Below are positions 42,965 to 50,255 of a stretch of 50,255 nucleotides of DNA, piece by piece. The position numbers and the translations under genes were made by a program. The notes under the pieces were generated by a model. It saw only the letters and a program-made list of their open reading frames with translations, had not been told where the DNA came from and made no database searches. Positions within the stretch are counted from its first letter, which is position 1, and every line of letters starts with the position of its first letter. The stretch comes from a phage: the sequence record PV636259.1. One strand, given 5' to 3'.

Positions 42965-44983
42965 GTGACAATAAACATTAAAAAACAGATTGCATTACTT
43001 GGCGAGGACTACATAAAGCGAACTCAGGAGCGATTTACTGTTGGTGAGGTTGTTCCTTATCCGTACCAGGTTGTTGCTTATGCCGAGATCGCGAAACGCC
43101 TGTCAAATTACGAGCATCCATTCTTTGTTAAAGCGTCAGTATCTGCTGGTAAGACCATCATTTTTGCTATGGTTGCAAAGCAGTGTCAGAAAATGGGCTT
43201 AAAAATGCTCGTTCTGGCTCGCCAGGGTGAGATTGTCGATCAGGATAGCGAGGAGATTGACAACTTCGGGGTAACTAACTCCATATTCTCAGCCTCATTA
43301 GGTATTAAGTCCTGCTACTTCCCGATCGTGGTTGGCTCTGAGGGTACGGTTGCAAATGGCCTCGACAATGAGTTAGCTGATTTCGTCCCGCATGTAATTG
43401 GGATCGACGAATGTCACCAGGTGGATTGGGAAGACCTTGCGCAAGCCATTGAGGGCAAGGAAACAATGGAACAAATGAGGGGCGAGAAGGGGAAAATCAT
43501 CATGGACGGAGATATTCCTCTGATTGGTAATGATGGAAAACCTATTCTTGGAACCAAGCGAAGCCAGTACACGATCGTAATCATGGAGATGATGCGTCGC
43601 TGTAAAGAGGTTCACGGGCATGATCTCAGAATTTTTGGAATGACGGGGTCTGAATTTCGCGGCGTTGTTCCGATTCTTGTTGAGAATCCAAAGGCGTTAG
43701 GATTCTGGCGTGAGCGCGTTACTGATATCGACACTAATTATCTTATTGAGTTTGGCTCTGTCGTTCCGACGATATTCGGCTCAACAGACGGAGTTCACTA
43801 CGATCTTGATAAGTTCAAGGCGTCTAGCGAGGACGGCGTACAGGACTTTACAGAGAAAGATATGAAGGCAATGGAAGATGAGATACTTCATGATAAATCT
43901 CTGACTCAGCGAATCATGCAAATGGTCGCAAAAAAGGCCGAAGAGCGTAACGCGGTACTGATTACATGCGCAGGGGTGCGTCACTGCAAAGAGGCGGCGG
44001 CGGCGCTTCCACCAGGAAGCACCTATGCAATCATCACTGGCGACACAGACACCAAAACGCGCAAGAAAATCTTGGACGATGTGAGGGCTGGGAAAATTAA
44101 ATACACCTTTCAGGTAATGGCGCTCACTACTGGCGTTAATGTTCCAAATTGGGATTTCAGTGTCATACTCCGCAAGATAGGCTCGCTCACTCTGTTGATT
44201 CAACTTTTGGGTAGGGGTATGCGACTGCTTAAATCCTGGCAGGTTGCTGAAGGAATGGTTAAGCAGGACCATCTGGTATGGGATTTTGCAGGTACGATGG
44301 ATGAGTTGGGCCAGCTTTATTTCGATCCGATACTTGAGCAGGCGCAATTCCAAAAGCGTTTTGAAAATGGCAAAGATCCGAAAAAATGTCCGAAATGCGG
44401 TTGCGTAAATAGCTTCTATGCTCGACGATGCGTTAATGTCATTGATGGTGAACGTTGCGATCATTTCTGGACTTCTCAGATTTGTGAGGACCAGGTTGAC
44501 GAGCGCACCGGTAAAATCCTTGTTAAAGGATGCGGTGCAGAGAATGACGTTGTGGCCCGAGTCTGTCGTTGTTGTGATGTCTCACTTGTCGATCCGAACC
44601 TGAAGTTGTCCGGTAAGGCGTACACTAAGAATGACTGGTACGAGGTAAAGAATTTTGAAGTTACGCTAACCAAAAACCAGAAAGGCATAATATACAAATA
44701 CACGCTGATTAACGACGATGGTGATGAGTTCAAGGCGTATGAAAAATTCTTCCCCGAGTCTGACTCTAAGATTTGCGGTACGCTATGGAAAACTAAAGGT
44801 GTACTTCCTCATGTGTCAGATCCTAAAATGCGTCGCTACTTTATCGGAATGAAGAACGCCATCAAGATCGTGCAGTACGCACATCATATCGCTCACCCGG
44901 TACGCGTAACTCATCGTCGCAACCAGAAGAAAGAAGATATTATCTCACGTAAAGACTTCGGTATGGAGGATATCCCGGAATGA
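42965..44983 (+). CDS. Superfamily-2 DNA helicase with C-terminal zinc-finger region (672 aa); GTG start
   Basis: Walker A SAGKTIIFAM, DEAH-like GIDECHQV, C-terminal KKCPKCGC...CRCCDVS Cys clusters. Confidence 0.75.
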   Translation: MTINIKKQIALLGEDYIKRTQERFTVGEVVPYPYQVVAYAEIAKRLSNYEHPFFVKASVSAGKTIIFAMVAKQCQKMGLKMLVLARQGEIVDQDSEEIDNFGVTNSIFSASLGIKSCYFPIVVGSEGTVANGLDNELADFVPHVIGIDECHQVDWEDLAQAIEGKETMEQMRGEKGKIIMDGDIPLIGNDGKPILGTKRSQYTIVIMEMMRRCKEVHGHDLRIFGMTGSEFRGVVPILVENPKALGFWRERVTDIDTNYLIEFGSVVPTIFGSTDGVHYDLDKFKASSEDGVQDFTEKDMKAMEDEILHDKSLTQRIMQMVAKKAEERNAVLITCAGVRHCKEAAAALPPGSTYAIITGDTDTKTRKKILDDVRAGKIKYTFQVMALTTGVNVPNWDFSVILRKIGSLTLLIQLLGRGMRLLKSWQVAEGMVKQDHLVWDFAGTMDELGQLYFDPILEQAQFQKRFENGKDPKKCPKCGCVNSFYARRCVNVIDGERCDHFWTSQICEDQVDERTGKILVKGCGAENDVVARVCRCCDVSLVDPNLKLSGKAYTKNDWYEVKNFEVTLTKNQKGIIYKYTLINDDGDEFKAYEKFFPESDSKICGTLWKTKGVLPHVSDPKMRRYFIGMKNAIKIVQYAHHIAHPVRVTHRRNQKKEDIISRKDFGMEDIPE

Positions 44984-45396
44984 TTACAGATAAAGGCGAT
45001 TACTTAGAGTTTTACGAGCGAGATCCTAGCGACACTAGAAAGGAGGACGCTCATCAGGTAGATTGCGTTTCCTGGCTGAAATACAACTTCCCACACCTTC
45101 TATTTTGGCACACTGTAAATGAAGGTGAAAAAACAATCACTTCAGCACTCAGGGATGAGCAGGCTGGATTACTTAAAGGTGTGTCAGATTTCGTTATCCT
45201 GATTGGTGTAAACTCACGTTACCCGTTCGCAGCTATCGAACTCAAACGGGTTAATAAGTCCGGCAAGGGAAAGGCGTCACCAGTCAGCGATAAGCAAAGG
45301 GAGTTTCTCAAAAAGGTTCGGGATCGCGGTGGATTCTCTGCCGTTGCATACGGATTTGAGCAATTCAAGATCGCAATATACGAAATGATGAAATAG
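44980..45396 (+). CDS. VRR-NUC-type nuclease (138 aa)
   Basis: GVSDFVIL...AAIELKRVNKSGKGKASPVSDKQREFLKKV pattern; ATGA overlap with helicase stop. Confidence 0.55.
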   Translation: MITDKGDYLEFYERDPSDTRKEDAHQVDCVSWLKYNFPHLLFWHTVNEGEKTITSALRDEQAGLLKGVSDFVILIGVNSRYPFAAIELKRVNKSGKGKASPVSDKQREFLKKVRDRGGFSAVAYGFEQFKIAIYEMMK

Positions 45397-45411
45397 CACT
45401 TTTTGCTAAAC
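45394..45411 (+). promoter_or_regulatory. Operator/promoter motif copy (TAGCACTTTTTGCTAAAC) + hairpin + CATTAT + CTCACCAAAACGAGAGG leader
   Basis: Read directly; TAG stop of the nuclease gene embedded. Confidence 0.6.
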
Positions 45412-45463
45412 ATGCCGGAATGGAATCTGGCATTATTACCTCACCAAAACGAGAGGAATAAAA

Positions 45464-46177
45464 ATGAAAGACTTTAATGATATCGAAACCATAGACTTTG
45501 CAGATACTGGGTGCTCATTCACTCGTGAAGCAATAGCATCAGGCGGTTATTATCAGGCACTGAAAACGCCGACCTGCAAAGAGATTTCAGGTCGTAGATA
45601 CAAGGGAACCAATACACCTGACGCCGTTCGTGATTTATGGTCAACTCCACGCGAGGTTATTGCATACCTTGAAGGGCGTTATGGGAAATATGATCTCGAC
45701 GCTGCTGCAAGCGAGGAAAATAAAGTTTGCGATAAGTTTTATTCCCAGGAAACAAACTGCTTGAAGCGTTGGTGGGGAAAGAATAAGCACGTTTGGTTAA
45801 ATCCTCCTTATAGCCGACCTGATATATTCGTCAAGAAGGCCATTGAGCAAATGGAGCACAACAATCAGATCGATATTCTTTTACCCGCAGATAACTCTAC
45901 GGCGTGGTTTACTGAGGCGCGGCAGAACGCAGCTGAAATCATCTGGATTGAAGCGGACTTGACTGAGGATGTTGACGGAAATGAATACGCACGATCCGGT
46001 CGCCTGGCTTTCATATCCGGTGAAACTGGAAAGGCCGTAGACGGCAATAACAAAGGTTCGGTAATTTTTATTATGCGCGAACTTAAAGAAGGTGAGGTGC
46101 AACAGACTCACTACATCCCAATCACAAGCATTTGCCCTTCGGTGAAAAACAAACGAGCAAAGGTGAGGAAAGTATGA
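45464..46177 (+). CDS. dam: DNA N6-adenine methyltransferase (Dam-type), 237 aa
   Basis: WLNPPYS (NPPY catalytic motif). Confidence 0.7.
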   Translation: MKDFNDIETIDFADTGCSFTREAIASGGYYQALKTPTCKEISGRRYKGTNTPDAVRDLWSTPREVIAYLEGRYGKYDLDAAASEENKVCDKFYSQETNCLKRWWGKNKHVWLNPPYSRPDIFVKKAIEQMEHNNQIDILLPADNSTAWFTEARQNAAEIIWIEADLTEDVDGNEYARSGRLAFISGETGKAVDGNNKGSVIFIMRELKEGEVQQTHYIPITSICPSVKNKRAKVRKV

Positions 46178-46425
46178 TGAGCGAAAAAATGGTTCCTGTT
46201 AAATTAACTGAGCAAGGTTTATGGCTTCTTTATCGCGCTACGTGCTGCGAGATTATGGAACGAAACGGATTGAATCAGGATGTTATTGGTTGCGATCTGT
46301 GGGAGTTCACTAGTTCTCTTGATATGTCTTTCGATGAGATAAAAAATGAATACATAGAGAATTGGCCTTCAATCATACAGAAAGACGTGGAAGAACTTAA
46401 AGCTGACACGATCTTACAGCACTAA
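46174..46425 (+). CDS. Hypothetical protein (83 aa)
   Basis: Track ORF 46132..46425 trimmed to the ATG overlapping the dam stop; stop TAA lies inside the next motif. Confidence 0.5.
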   Translation: MMSEKMVPVKLTEQGLWLLYRATCCEIMERNGLNQDVIGCDLWEFTSSLDMSFDEIKNEYIENWPSIIQKDVEELKADTILQH

Positions 46426-46435
46426 TTGCTAAAAC
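46418..46435 (+). promoter_or_regulatory. Operator/promoter motif copy (AGCACTAATTGCTAAAAC) + hairpin ACCCGGCGAAAGTCGGGT + ATAGTT + CATCAAAACGAAATGAGG leader
   Basis: Read directly. Confidence 0.6.
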
Positions 46436-46491
46436 TACCCGGCGAAAGTCGGGTATAGTTATTTCATCAAAACGAAATGAGGAATAAGAAG

Positions 46492-46701
46492 ATGGCACGC
46501 ATTAACGCAAACTTTTTCAATATCGCTCAACAGTCCGCAAAAATGGCTGTTCATATCACTGACAAGAAAGGCGGTAACTTTGATTGGGATATTGCTATGA
46601 ACTTCCTTAAAATGGCTTATTACCTCTGCTCAGTCAAAGATGTTGAGTGTTTTATTGAAAGCGTGGAGAAACTAACCAATGCTGATAAAAAAACAAGGTA
46701 A
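46492..46701 (+). CDS. Hypothetical protein (69 aa)
   Basis: Track ORF trimmed to the ATG after GAGGAATAAGAAG. Confidence 0.5.
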   Translation: MARINANFFNIAQQSAKMAVHITDKKGGNFDWDIAMNFLKMAYYLCSVKDVECFIESVEKLTNADKKTR

Positions 46702-46951
46702 ACGAGAGGTTTGGGAGCACGCGAAGGAATGCGGAATCTCAGACGATATAGCACTAATAGCGAAATATTTCGATATAAAGGATGTTAGCATTATCTCAAA
46801 TGGCAAGATTTCATTTATGGAAGATATGCCGAGAAAAATGCATAGAGTGCCAGCAACTCCGTCACTTGAGTTTTATCGTGAAGAGGGAAAGAGAATTGAG
46901 AGAGAACGAAAAGCAGCAAAGAACAACAAGCCTTCCAGGCTTAAACATTAA
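46679..46951 (+). CDS. Hypothetical protein (90 aa)
   Basis: Track ORF; overlaps the previous gene by 23 nt across an A7 run. Confidence 0.45.
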   Translation: MLIKKQGKREVWEHAKECGISDDIALIAKYFDIKDVSIISNGKISFMEDMPRKMHRVPATPSLEFYREEGKRIERERKAAKNNKPSRLKH

Positions 46952-47183
46952 CGAAGACGATTACCAGACCATATGGATCGGAAAGAAACAAGTTAAGAAA
47001 ATCCCTTTCTCTGATTGGTTGCCTCCTGACTTCGTTAACGTGCTTTGCACTATTGGGATCGAGCAAGAGTTGCATATAGGTTATTACTCACCAGGTAGAA
47101 ACAGCATGATGCTTGAGGTTGATGGAAAACTGGTTGAGTTTAAATCTTCAGATCTAGGATTCTGGTTAAAGGCTGTGGCATGA
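46782..47183 (+). CDS. Hypothetical protein (up to 133 aa); true start unresolved
   Basis: Track ORF overlapping 46679..46951 by 170 nt in the +1 frame; the downstream part looks protein-like. Confidence 0.35.
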   Translation: MLALSQMARFHLWKICREKCIECQQLRHLSFIVKRERELRENEKQQRTTSLPGLNINEDDYQTIWIGKKQVKKIPFSDWLPPDFVNVLCTIGIEQELHIGYYSPGRNSMMLEVDGKLVEFKSSDLGFWLKAVA

Positions 47184-47261
47184 GACTTTATTTTGCTGTA
47201 GTATTAACACCGCTAATTTCATTTTCAGTAATGTATTTCATTATCATGTAAGGATTAAAAT

Positions 47262-48413
47262 ATGTCACAAGCTAAAATCACTACCGAGCAACTTATCGAA
47301 GAGCGCATGAGCGGCCTTACACTTCGCGAGATTGCGGAAAAGTACGGTATGCACATCCGCACAGTTGAAGCGCGTCACGCAAAACTTGCAAAAGAAGGCC
47401 ACTTCCACGGCAACGAGCATGTTGCTAAAAACGTTCCAGAAGGATTCATGGTAAAAGGTACATCTACTATGATTCGCGGTGATGGGACGGAAGTTGTTCG
47501 ATGGGTTAAGACCGATCAGGACCGTGAGAAGATTGCGGCAATGATGGAAGCGGCGCGTATTGCATTCTGTGAAGACCTGCCGCGAGCAAAGCCAACTGAG
47601 CTACTAACCTCACAAGGTCTTACAACAGCGATTGGTAAGCTGGCACTCTATCCGGTATTCGATCTTCATATCGGTGCGCTTGCTCATAAGCATGAATGCG
47701 GAGAGAACTATTCCACCGACGTAGCGGAAAAAGTGCTTAGCGACTTCTTTAATTACGCGATCGATATTGCTCCGAACGCAGAGAAGGCAGTTCTTTTAAT
47801 CGGCGGTGACTTCCTTCACTCGGACGGTCTTGATGCTGTTACCCCTGCAAGTGGTCACGTTCTGGATCAGGATTCACGATATGCAAAATTGGTGCATGTA
47901 GCTATTAGATCTGTTCGTCGCGCTATCGACAAAATGCTACTGAAACACAAGGAAGTCGAAGTCCAGGTTATCGAAGGGAACCACGACCAGGCAGGGATGA
48001 TTTGGCTACGCGCTGCAATGTCGGCATATTATGAAGACGAGCCGCGAGTATTCGTTGACGTTAGTCCTATGATTCTGCATAAGACCCGCTGGGGAAATAC
48101 CTTGTTGGGATACACTCACGGTCACACGATGAAAAAGGCAGACACGCGACTTGCAGCGATGGCGGCAGACTTCCGTGCAGACTTCGGTGAAAGCAAATAC
48201 GTGTATACTCACAGCGGACACTGGCATCATCAAACAATCACAGAGCACTCGCTTGGTATTGATGAAGTGCACGGTCAGTTAGGCGCGAAAGATGCATACG
48301 CAGCACGCGGAGGGTGGCGCTCATATCGCCAGGCGGCTGTAATTGTTTACGATAAGCAGTTTGGGGAAATAGGTCGCTTCATCTATCGTCCAGAAATGAC
48401 AGGATCGCACTAA
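47262..48413 (+). CDS. Calcineurin-like metallophosphoesterase with N-terminal helix-turn-helix segment (383 aa)
   Basis: Phosphoesterase motifs DLHIG, GGDFLHSDG, EGNHD, YTHGH, THSGHWHH; N-terminal LTLREIAEKYGMHIRTVEARHAKL HTH-like segment. Confidence 0.65.
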   Translation: MSQAKITTEQLIEERMSGLTLREIAEKYGMHIRTVEARHAKLAKEGHFHGNEHVAKNVPEGFMVKGTSTMIRGDGTEVVRWVKTDQDREKIAAMMEAARIAFCEDLPRAKPTELLTSQGLTTAIGKLALYPVFDLHIGALAHKHECGENYSTDVAEKVLSDFFNYAIDIAPNAEKAVLLIGGDFLHSDGLDAVTPASGHVLDQDSRYAKLVHVAIRSVRRAIDKMLLKHKEVEVQVIEGNHDQAGMIWLRAAMSAYYEDEPRVFVDVSPMILHKTRWGNTLLGYTHGHTMKKADTRLAAMAADFRADFGESKYVYTHSGHWHHQTITEHSLGIDEVHGQLGAKDAYAARGGWRSYRQAAVIVYDKQFGEIGRFIYRPEMTGSH

Positions 48414-48424
48414 TTGATAAAAAC
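48406..48424 (+). promoter_or_regulatory. Operator/promoter motif copy (variant CGCACTAATTGATAAAAAC) + hairpin GCCCGAAGGGATTCGGGC + ATAGTA + CACATCGAAAC leader
   Basis: Read directly. Confidence 0.5.
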
Positions 48425-48475
48425 GCCCGAAGGGATTCGGGCATAGTAACCACATCGAAACAAAGAGGCTATATC

Positions 48476-48652
48476 ATGAAGCTAGTTAAGTGCATCCGAA
48501 ATGACTCCAAGACACTTCCATTCCGTGTAAATCAGATCTATAGTGTTGGTTATGATTTCTGTGGGGGATTATTTGAGATTTACGACGGGCGAGGTTCAGC
48601 AATCCAAGCGCCTCTGAACGGTCACTACCTAGAATTTATTGCGATAGATTAA
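48476..48652 (+). CDS. Small protein (58 aa)
   Basis: Hand-found ORF MKLVKCIRNDSKTLPFRVNQIYSVGYDFCGGLFEIYDGRGS... after AGAGGCTATATC RBS; below track cutoff. Confidence 0.4.
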   Translation: MKLVKCIRNDSKTLPFRVNQIYSVGYDFCGGLFEIYDGRGSAIQAPLNGHYLEFIAID

Positions 48653-48770
48653 CAATATCATTCATCACCTTACAGGCTGGCATGATTTACATGCTGGCCT
48701 TTTTGCGTTGTATCAAATAAATTTGAAGGTTAAAATCGACTCACTTGTTCAAAAAATATATGGTGAGATT

Positions 48771-48986
48771 ATGAAAGAATTTTTAACAGCTGCGACGTCC
48801 AGCACGGGCGGCGCTTCATTAGTCGGGGCCGCTACCGGGCAACTTTACATTGCTGGCGCTACATTCATTTGCTTTCTGCTTTTTGGCGCTTGGGGAGCAT
48901 ACTGGAAGTATCGTGATAGTAAGGCGATTCAGGAAGCGTTAAACGATGGCGATCTAAATAAGGCGCTTAAGATCAGGGGGAGATAA
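48771..48986 (+). CDS. Holin (71 aa)
   Basis: Small hydrophobic protein ([21 protein letters not shown]) with charged C-terminus, immediately upstream of the endolysin with overlapping stop/start. Confidence 0.6.
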   Translation: MKEFLTAATSSTGGASLVGAATGQLYIAGATFICFLLFGAWGAYWKYRDSKAIQEALNDGDLNKALKIRGR

Positions 48987-49474
48987 TGAGCTTAAAAAAT
49001 AACGTTATAGGCGCATCGATCGGGGCCGCTTTGACGTTGACACCTACACTACTGGAACGAATCGAAGGGATAGAATACGAGGTGTATTACGATATAGCCG
49101 GAGTCCCTACAGTATGCAGCGGAATAACCGGGCCGGACGTCATACCTGGCAAGAAGTACACTAAGCGAGAATGCGATGCATTGCTGATAAAACATATCGG
49201 AGTCGCTCAGAGATACGTTGACAAAAAGGTGAATGTTGATATTCCGGTAACGATGCGCGCGTCACTGTACAGTTTCACTTTCAACGTCGGTACTGGCGCG
49301 TTCGGATCTTCTACAATGCTTAAGCTAATAAATCAGAGTAAGCACAAGGAAGCGTGCAATCAGTTATGGCGATGGGTATACTACTACAACCCAAAAACCA
49401 AAAAGCGCGAAGTGTCTAGAGGACTAAAGAACCGACGCGCTGAAGAATACGCGTATTGCGTTAAGGAATTATGA
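48986..49474 (+). CDS. Endolysin (phage lysozyme, glycoside hydrolase family 24-like), 162 aa
   Basis: N-terminal E...D...T catalytic-type pattern ([26 protein letters not shown]) and overall T4/P22-lysozyme-like layout. Confidence 0.7.
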   Translation: MSLKNNVIGASIGAALTLTPTLLERIEGIEYEVYYDIAGVPTVCSGITGPDVIPGKKYTKRECDALLIKHIGVAQRYVDKKVNVDIPVTMRASLYSFTFNVGTGAFGSSTMLKLINQSKHKEACNQLWRWVYYYNPKTKKREVSRGLKNRRAEEYAYCVKEL

Positions 49475-49875
49475 TGAAACTGAAGAAAACGTGCATTGCG
49501 ATTGCAGTGGCTGTTGGCGTTATTTCCCTATCCGGTTGTTCGACGGCATCTGCCCTGAGCGGTTTAATCGGATCTAAACCGGAAGTTACAGCACAAATCG
49601 GAGAGGAGAACACAAAGCAATTAGCAGGAGTAACCGCAAAATCCGAAGATAAGCGAGATGTTAAAGTTGAGAAGTCCAATGTAGGAAAGATTGACTCTTC
49701 CTTGAAGAAGTCAATTGAAGTGTCAACCATTAAGGCTAACACGGTTAACGCTGAAAGCATCACAGTAACAAAACCGGAAAACTGGTATGATGCTATCGTT
49801 GGCTGGATTCTCGTTTTTATCGGTCTATTGCTGGTTTATTTTTCACTTCGTAAGGACGAAAAAAAGGAGGCTTAG
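49471..49875 (+). CDS. Unimolecular spanin (134 aa)
   Basis: N-terminal lipoprotein signal (LSGC lipobox) plus C-terminal transmembrane helix ([20 protein letters not shown]), directly after the endolysin. Confidence 0.65.
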   Translation: MMKLKKTCIAIAVAVGVISLSGCSTASALSGLIGSKPEVTAQIGEENTKQLAGVTAKSEDKRDVKVEKSNVGKIDSSLKKSIEVSTIKANTVNAESITVTKPENWYDAIVGWILVFIGLLLVYFSLRKDEKKEA

Positions 49876-49890
49876 CCTCCTTTGTTATTT
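49861..49890. terminator. Bidirectional rho-independent terminator (AGGAGGCTTAGCCTCCT flanked by A-run and T-rich tail)
   Basis: Separates the rightward lysis cassette from the end of the leftward early operon. Confidence 0.7.
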
Positions 49891-49996
49891 GTACCTTTTT
49901 ACGTTAAGTAGTAACTCCCCCTCCTGGTCGCAAAGATTATGCTCGCTTTCGTTACTGGCCCTCATTGAAGTGAGCAACAGACTCAACAACCCTTGC

Positions 49997-50255
49997 TCAA
50001 ATTCTTCTTTCGTAAGCTGGAGCCTTGCGCACAATTCGACGTTCCGATCTATCAATGTTTCTACGTTCGCCAAACAAATCCTCATCACTCATCTCTCCAA
50101 TGTGCATCATTTCCCACGTATACCGATTGTTGTAGCCATCAATACACATCAGCTTCATCATTACCGGGCGCTTAATCTTTCCCTTGCACCAGTAAAACCC
50201 ATCCCTGCAATCAAGATAACTCTCAGTTACACAGCGTGAGCAAAACTCCTTAGAT
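49997..50255 (-). CDS. 3' part of the junction-spanning Cys-rich ORF (same gene as 1..276; 50129..50255 duplicates 1..127)
   Basis: Hand translation ...CIDGYNNRYTWEMMHIGEMSDEDLFGERRNIDRSERRIVRKAPAYERRI-stop, with the stop at 49997..49999 on the minus strand. Confidence 0.4.
   Translation of the reverse strand, partial: SKEFCSRCVTESYLDCRDGFYWCKGKIKRPVMMKLMCIDGYNNRYTWEMMHIGEMSDEDLFGERRNIDRSERRIVRKAPAYERRI
50129..50255. repeat. Terminal duplication: identical to 1..127
   Basis: Read directly. Confidence 0.9.

Noticed and set aside
43270-43290. Helicase peptide VTNSIFS matching the C-terminus (TTNSIFS) of the HTH protein
   Set aside because: The underlying DNA is unrelated to the operator motif (GTAACTAACTCCATATTCTCA versus AATAGCATTTTTAGTTAA); judged coincidental.
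49885-50088. Track ORF (67 aa, minus strand) near the window end
   Set aside because: Overlaps, in another frame, the longer junction-spanning ORF (276..1 plus 50128..49997), which has a coupled start after the upstream gene; considered the less likely reading but not excluded.
1-50255. Lysogeny module, CRISPR array, tRNAs, phage-encoded RNA polymerase or a defence island
   Set aside because: No tyrosine/serine recombinase-like ORF, no CI/Cro pair beside an attachment site, no regularly spaced direct repeats with unique spacers, no tRNA-like structures and no ORF large enough for a single-subunit RNA polymerase were seen. The genome reads as a virulent phage that depends on host RNA polymerase.

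Overview
This window reads as one complete genome of a virulent T1-like (Drexlerviridae-type) siphophage, about 50.1 kb, closed on itself: bases 1-127 are identical to 50129-50255, so the unique length is 50128 bp. All calls are from reading the sequence and the supplied ORF track; no database search was run. Layout: (i) a leftward early arm (276-5206, minus strand) of small genes, including a short cytosine-5-methyltransferase-like protein and a 522-aa P-loop protein; (ii) a 690-bp AT-rich divergent control region (5207-5893); (iii) a rightward early arm (5894-15268) of about 30 small genes, including a HAD phosphatase plus P-loop kinase pair; (iv) the packaging and structural block (15353-35450: terminase small and large subunits, portal, minor head, scaffold, two paralogous decoration-like proteins, major capsid, four head-tail joining genes, major tail, G/GT chaperone with a -1 frameshift, tape measure, M-L-K-I-J tail tip genes); (v) a leftward receptor-binding protein plus Cor-like lipoprotein; (vi) a second AT-rich control region (36668-37193) driving exonuclease, Erf and SSB; (vii) a leftward tail fiber, primase and HTH protein; (viii) helicase, VRR-NUC nuclease, Dam-type methyltransferase, an HTH-metallophosphoesterase fusion and a holin-endolysin-spanin lysis cassette. 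No integrase, repressor, tRNA, CRISPR array or phage RNA polymerase was seen. The most interesting signal is a palindromic motif (TAGCA-N5-TGCTA) present in about 24 copies, usually overlapping the stop codon of the upstream gene and followed by a GC-rich hairpin, a TATAGT-like -10 and a conserved leader; it looks like a genome-wide operator/promoter cassette for a phage regulon. Start codons were adjusted from the track where a better RBS-ATG was evident; motif and hairpin coordinates are hand-counted and may be off by 1-2 bp.
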